Virus record (IMG/VR): IMGVR_UViG_3300014911_000516 | Coordinates: 1 to 18,608 of that record | Length of the DNA stretch: 18,608 nucleotides | Strand: one strand, 5' to 3' | Shown: piece after piece, positions 15,301-18,608 of the stretch | Layout of the letters: each line of letters opens with the position of its first letter | Position numbering within the stretch: position 1 is the stretch's first letter | Position numbers and translations under genes: made by a program | The notes under the pieces: model-generated | Told to the model about the DNA's origin: nothing | Database searches by the model: none | Seen by the model: the letters and a program-made list of their open reading frames with translations, nothing else

Positions 15301-16689
15301 GGATTGCATCCATACTGGATTCCTTGGGTAGGAATTGCAGAATCGATAAATGCTCTTACAGAAGAGAGGACGTTACTAAGAACTGGATTTATGAATCTCT
15401 TTGAAAAAGGCCTATTCAGTTTGAATACATTAAATCAACTATTGGCAGGATTCTTCACAATTAAATTTAAGGTAGGATATTATGACGTGAAGGATTATAA
15501 ATGGAAGTATTCAGATGTAGAAGTACCAGTTGCGTTCCTACCAGCAGAGAGCAAATTACTTGAGCTACGATCGATATTTGATAGGATGTTAGAATTATAC
15601 GCAGAGATATATTCTGAGATCAGGAAATCAATACGTTATGGAATATATGATGTAAAAAGCGCTAAGAAGATATTGCAGAAGATGATCACAGATCTAGCTA
15701 CTTATGGTAGTGGGTTAATAAAAAGCGTTACTGGAAGAAAGTTAACTCCAGAAATCGATGCGGGATACATAGATATATGGACAAACATTGAATCACAAAT
15801 ACAGGATATCGAAAAGAAGATAGCAATACGTAGTGTAGCACAAGGTGTATTAGGGTGGTTATTATACAGGTTAGCTTATGGGTGGGTAACTGAGGAAGAT
15901 TTCAGATCTGTAGTAAACATACTTACAAGCAAATTCTACGTATACAAAGAGTTAGGAGATGCCGTAGTAGAACTAGGTAAGAAGTTAGCCGAAATAATGA
16001 GGAAGCAAGAGCGTGAAGTTTATGTACCTACGCCTTCACAGATTGCGACATTTTCAGAATACATGGATATTCCTGATAATGTGATTAAGGAAGCTTTCAA
16101 GGAGAGGAATATTGTAGAGCCTTGGGCCTCATTCTGGTATAAATACATAACTACTAGAGCTATATCCAGCGAGACCAATACATTAGTGTCTACATTTAGG
16201 AGAATCGTAGAATACTTCGCCGTTCCTAAGGACTTAGTAGATAGTGTAAAGGATCTAATGGTTAAAGGTGGCTGGACCTCCAAAGAAATGCCTATATTCG
16301 ATCTAGATCTCCAGTTACGTAGATTCTACAGGATAATGAGGACGTTTGTGCCTACCATACGTGGTTTCGTAACTGATGCGATGTATATGGATGATTGGGA
16401 GAGCAAGTTGCAAGATTGGCTCACGATACGAGGAATTGACCCAAAGAAATACGAGAAACAGGTGAACTACTATAAGCACTTGATAAAAGCTAGGAAGGCG
16501 TATCGTAGATTCAGCTGGTATCTGACTAGGCTACTAAACGCTTACTGTGCTGGAGTAATTAATGAAACACAAGTAAGACAAAAATTACAAAGATTCAAAC
16601 CTTATGGATTGTCAGATGAAGAGATTGAAATAATAATTGATGGATTCAGAATGGAGAAAGCATATCGTGAAGCAATATATGGATCTTAA
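12361..16689 (+). CDS. Large minor virion/terminal-fibre protein, like SIRV2 ORF1070
   Basis: Long amphipathic helical N-terminal region, then EQEVSGKIAGLGGAIKVKLGKL (recalled ORF1070 EVEIDLAPVGLGGKIPIKFGEI), EP, PSF and RGLP; repeated P[ST] helix-start motifs. Start uncertain (GTG 12361 or ATG 12367). Confidence 0.8.
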   Translation: MNMDYREKLEFENVDIADVEYLMKMLSVVSDNSLDYPIMDEIDITKLDLDALVVSEFGITDIIGQISSWLYEKLQAFSSWITSGIETIVNALWENFIKPAINVIDAGVGWIKDQVYSIWDRLQNIGDILSSIGGTIVDIFNTVKEGFINLIKEIPSAVGRFINSVKDLIISKIEAIPDLIINGVRSFIDAISSGIDFLKEGLQNVTNFLGNIGMALSNIFSSIKEGFSVLKGYIEGALATFSSKIAGAIDTVRTAFMESMQTVATWIQQASGAIQGFVNGILKLPEWFREHLVAPLTEAMSKFASWIWEHLPEGIRSFFEKVRDAIIGFYEGFKSFIADPKGWFIRNVWEPLKERLRDIGEWIWERLPEGVKTFFERAKEFFTVDLVNFFTKTLPEKIRDLVDTIKTIPEKIKEIPDKIKEMADNVANLPEMIKSAFEKIGEWIWEKLPENIRNFIDKARDFITDVYDQFKEFIKDPKGKFYDVLKGVGEKILAGLGWIWDKVLDIVTFIKAKVIEACKTISTWIYSIAKTISETFKKMFIETFIVPIKNVKSTFVELLKTAFDEAFAQEEGGELWLLSSLIPEIYNVMYPIIIIPVLAKGVAEATGEQEVSGKIAGLGGAIKVKLGKLIGEVADTLKDLVSRTIDEIALGLSFNLFEPLRYAVRPLSKRLLTPIFMKQYGIDAFFEVPSFSELRKLLQRYYPTTKDEKEDFEKMRKYFRTMLEIRGLPQSYINEVMKTLEEWSIEIEDRFTEYTKVKRKIPLSPLYEMPSISEVCTFMVRDIIKKPEDFIKWLNKLGVSRDIALFNYLLHYRYPSPEKIADFVWRGIAGVLWNPDASMDTEVMSAFELKPEKMKAVAPRQLNFEGKTLFEMLKHYMKWHDYARFPWAAGWPTDNAIITDLLADIPGKIDLRWMTRWGIFEYWSAKKIGLETSLEEIMQKLLPPQGETKADDVIQYLYKQLTEPTPLFDIRQFCRTLQATGLHPYWIPWVGIAESINALTEERTLLRTGFMNLFEKGLFSLNTLNQLLAGFFTIKFKVGYYDVKDYKWKYSDVEVPVAFLPAESKLLELRSIFDRMLELYAEIYSEIRKSIRYGIYDVKSAKKILQKMITDLATYGSGLIKSVTGRKLTPEIDAGYIDIWTNIESQIQDIEKKIAIRSVAQGVLGWLLYRLAYGWVTEEDFRSVVNILTSKFYVYKELGDAVVELGKKLAEIMRKQEREVYVPTPSQIATFSEYMDIPDNVIKEAFKERNIVEPWASFWYKYITTRAISSETNTLVSTFRRIVEYFAVPKDLVDSVKDLMVKGGWTSKEMPIFDLDLQLRRFYRIMRTFVPTIRGFVTDAMYMDDWESKLQDWLTIRGIDPKKYEKQVNYYKHLIKARKAYRRFSWYLTRLLNAYCAGVINETQVRQKLQRFKPYGLSDEEIEIIIDGFRMEKAYREAIYGS

Positions 16690-16714
16690 TAGTATAATTT
16701 ATTGAGGTGATTAG

Positions 16715-16921
16715 ATGTCTACTAGAAGAAGAAGGGGAAGAGTAAGTAAAACGGAAAGTAAATCGAAAGATCCGTTAGAAGAGGCAATAAAGAAGATTGA
16801 CGCAGATCTAACCAAAGCGATTGATGATCTTAAGAAGGCTGTTGAAAGCCTCCAGAAGATTACTTCGGGGCTTTCAAGTCCTACTAGGACTTCTACTAGA
16901 AGGAGTACTAGGGGGAGGTGA
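16715..16921 (+). CDS. 68-aa basic coiled-coil protein with R/S/T-rich tails
   Basis: GAGGTGA SD; MSTRRRRGR, central heptads, TRTSTRRSTRGR. Confidence 0.8.
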   Translation: MSTRRRRGRVSKTESKSKDPLEEAIKKIDADLTKAIDDLKKAVESLQKITSGLSSPTRTSTRRSTRGR

Positions 16922-16924
16922 TAA

Positions 16925-18271
16925 ATGGTGGGGATGGCACAGAGGGAGGCTCAAAAGCTTCTGGAAGCTAAGCGTAAGTATTTCGAAAAGGCACTTTCAG
17001 ATACGGCCATAGGTATCAACTTCCTTAAATCACTACGAAATATCGATGAGACAAGATTTAGATCAGATATAACGTTATCAGATACACTTTTTTCATCTCT
17101 AATGTCTGTGTATTTTTATGGAATACCATTAAGTGAGACTACACCATGGATTCAAACATTTACACCTGTGCTTCCTGATTTTGAAGAATTGTTACGTGGA
17201 ATTCTAGTTAAGTTTGAAAAATTCGATATTACAATACCGTTTCCTGAATTAACCGACGTAGATGAAACATTACGATTCTTCTTGATAGATGAGGTGGCTA
17301 ACAATATAATCGCTACACGAGGTAAACCGCTAATCGTGGGAGTAACCAAATATGGTGAGGGTTACGTAGATCCTGAAGCTGTTAGGGAGTTCCTACGTTC
17401 TACACTATATGCTTATGCAAAGAAAGACATCTCCCTAACTGAGTTAAGGAATAGGCTTGATAAAGTAGGTAAGACACTAAATATACATCCTTCGTTAATC
17501 GAGGATGCCTTCAATAGGATGATGCTTATAGAAACAATTAAGAAAAAGGCTGCTACTTGGGATTATGCTTGGTGGGACGTAAGTGAATGGGCCGAAGAGG
17601 AAGAAGGTGTAGGAAAAGTTGAGTTCGAAACATACTCTGGAGAAAAGGTTAAGGTAGAGTACGATAATATGCTTGAAGCAGAAGCTGGTGGTTATTGGGA
17701 TTTATCATATTGGGATAATGCATACTGGATAGGAGATGAAGGGTCACAAAAATATCCATATAAATATGATGAGAAAGAACTTAAATCGAATATCGATAAA
17801 GTAAGAGATACAATACTTACAAACTTTATAAGGTGTTATATCTACACAGGTTTAGGTGTAGGAAACTATCAGAGAGCATGGGAGAGGAGAAAGTATTACA
17901 GATCGTCACGAACTGAAACTTATGCTCTACCATTCTCCCATCGGCTTAGGATTGAATCGCTAGTTAGGAACTACGTGCTCTCTAAAGAGCCTGACTGTCC
18001 TCCTTGGAAATTACGATTATACATGTCAGCCATGCTTGAAATCTATGGAAGATTATTTGGAACGCATCGATGGGGTACTGAAATGGAAGTATCGATGAGT
18101 GGAGAGGAGTTCAAGAAATACTGGCTAGATAAGTGGAGTGCTGAAGGCCTAGAGCGTTCAATTCTGGAAGGAATGTATGAGTCGTTTAAAGATGTCATAT
18201 CTGCTTTGGGAACTATTAGACAAATTTCGTATTTGAGATTTATAAGATGGAAATACAGGAGGTATGAATAA
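16925..18271 (+). CDS. Minor virion protein, like SIRV2 ORF488
   Basis: SSRTETYA, SAMLEI and MSGEEFKKYWLDKWSAEGL match recalled ORF488 SSEIENYA, SAIVEI and LSYSDFLNYWKTKWKFYGL; GGAGGTGA SD. Confidence 0.78.
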   Translation: MVGMAQREAQKLLEAKRKYFEKALSDTAIGINFLKSLRNIDETRFRSDITLSDTLFSSLMSVYFYGIPLSETTPWIQTFTPVLPDFEELLRGILVKFEKFDITIPFPELTDVDETLRFFLIDEVANNIIATRGKPLIVGVTKYGEGYVDPEAVREFLRSTLYAYAKKDISLTELRNRLDKVGKTLNIHPSLIEDAFNRMMLIETIKKKAATWDYAWWDVSEWAEEEEGVGKVEFETYSGEKVKVEYDNMLEAEAGGYWDLSYWDNAYWIGDEGSQKYPYKYDEKELKSNIDKVRDTILTNFIRCYIYTGLGVGNYQRAWERRKYYRSSRTETYALPFSHRLRIESLVRNYVLSKEPDCPPWKLRLYMSAMLEIYGRLFGTHRWGTEMEVSMSGEEFKKYWLDKWSAEGLERSILEGMYESFKDVISALGTIRQISYLRFIRWKYRRYE

Positions 18272-18272
18272 T

Positions 18273-18608
18273 ATGGTGTTTGAACATTTAAGGCCTAAGC
18301 CGAAAACGAGAATTTCCATATTGTGGGGTAATCAGTTAGTTGATGCTTTAGAATTATTGTATGGAATGACTGAGAGGAGGCTAACCTTAGCAAATCTTCG
18401 ATCAATTTCTAGCGACTTACTACCTGCTATTAACAAATATTATAATTTAGGTATATTAGGAAGAGAATGGAACGTTATTGCGGGAAATTATGGGTATTTC
18501 CAGAGTAATGTTTTCGTACAAGGAAAACCAGTCATTAAAGATGGAGACCCTATCACCGTAGCAGATCTAGGGACTGAGGCATACAATAAGCTAAGAACAC
18601 TTACTGAA
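18273..18608 (+). CDS. N-terminal 112 codons of a minor virion protein, like SIRV2 ORF564 (runs off the window)
   Basis: Hand-translated MVFEHLRPKPKTRISILWGNQLVDALELLYG...GNYGYFQSNVFVQGKPVIKDGDPITV, compared with recalled ORF564 GYFQNDVYVSGQPVLTEEDPIYI; GGAGGT SD 9 nt upstream. Confidence 0.78.
   Translation, partial: MVFEHLRPKPKTRISILWGNQLVDALELLYGMTERRLTLANLRSISSDLLPAINKYYNLGILGREWNVIAGNYGYFQSNVFVQGKPVIKDGDPITVADLGTEAYNKLRTLTE

Larger units (their letters stand above)
1..18608. mobile_element. Segment of an archaeal filamentous/rod-shaped dsDNA virus genome (Adnaviria, Tokiviricetes; rudivirus-related)
   Basis: Two SIRV2-fold MCP genes followed directly by an ORF335-like glycosyltransferase, homologs of three rudivirus minor virion proteins, Hjc and multiple RHH genes. 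Archaeal GGTGA/GGAGG SD motifs, TATA boxes and T-tract terminators are present. No housekeeping genes. Free virus versus provirus cannot be decided from this window. Confidence 0.93.

Noticed and set aside
12361-16689. Tape measure protein of a tailed virus
   Set aside because: The repeats look TMP-like, but no terminase, portal or HK97 genes are present, and motifs and context fit the rudivirus ORF1070 family.
16821-17012. 63-aa plus-strand alternative-frame ORF
   Set aside because: Overlaps two genes that each have strong SDs; none of its own.
11478-17349. Minus-strand ORFs at 11478, 12699, 13347, 16020 and 17152
   Set aside because: All lie opposite well-supported genes of the virion module.
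1-18608. CRISPR or mini-arrays, tRNA, terminal repeats, att sites
   Set aside because: No regularly spaced repeats or cloverleaf found by eye; intergenic regions are short and both window ends fall inside genes.

Overview
This AT-rich, gene-dense window reads as an internal segment of an archaeal filamentous or rod-shaped dsDNA virus genome (realm Adnaviria, class Tokiviricetes, rudivirus/Ligamenvirales-like), not a cellular chromosome. The right half (9.7-18.6 kb) is a virion module: two tandem paralogous SIRV2-fold major capsid protein genes, a GT4 glycosyltransferase, and proteins resembling the three rudivirus minor virion proteins (1442 aa ~ SIRV2 ORF1070, 448 aa ~ ORF488, a truncated ORF ~ ORF564). 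The left half holds a DEDD/RNase_H_2-type exonuclease, a transglutaminase-like Cys protein, three membrane proteins, an Hjc-type Holliday junction resolvase, an orphan DPPF amino-methyltransferase, several ribbon-helix-helix (RHH) regulators, a winged-helix protein, and a coupled AlkP/sulfatase-like plus FkbM methyltransferase pair. Most notable are the two ~40% identical capsid genes in an otherwise rudivirus-like gene set, an apparent third capsid-fold domain at the C-terminus of the 448-aa protein, a hidden 48-aa RHH gene overlapping another ORF in a different frame, a possible glycan-modification kit, and a shared promoter/operator grammar. Similarities to SIRV2 proteins come from recalled sequences compared by eye, not from a database search. 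The host is not determined. No genome terminus, integrase, tRNA, rRNA or CRISPR array was seen.
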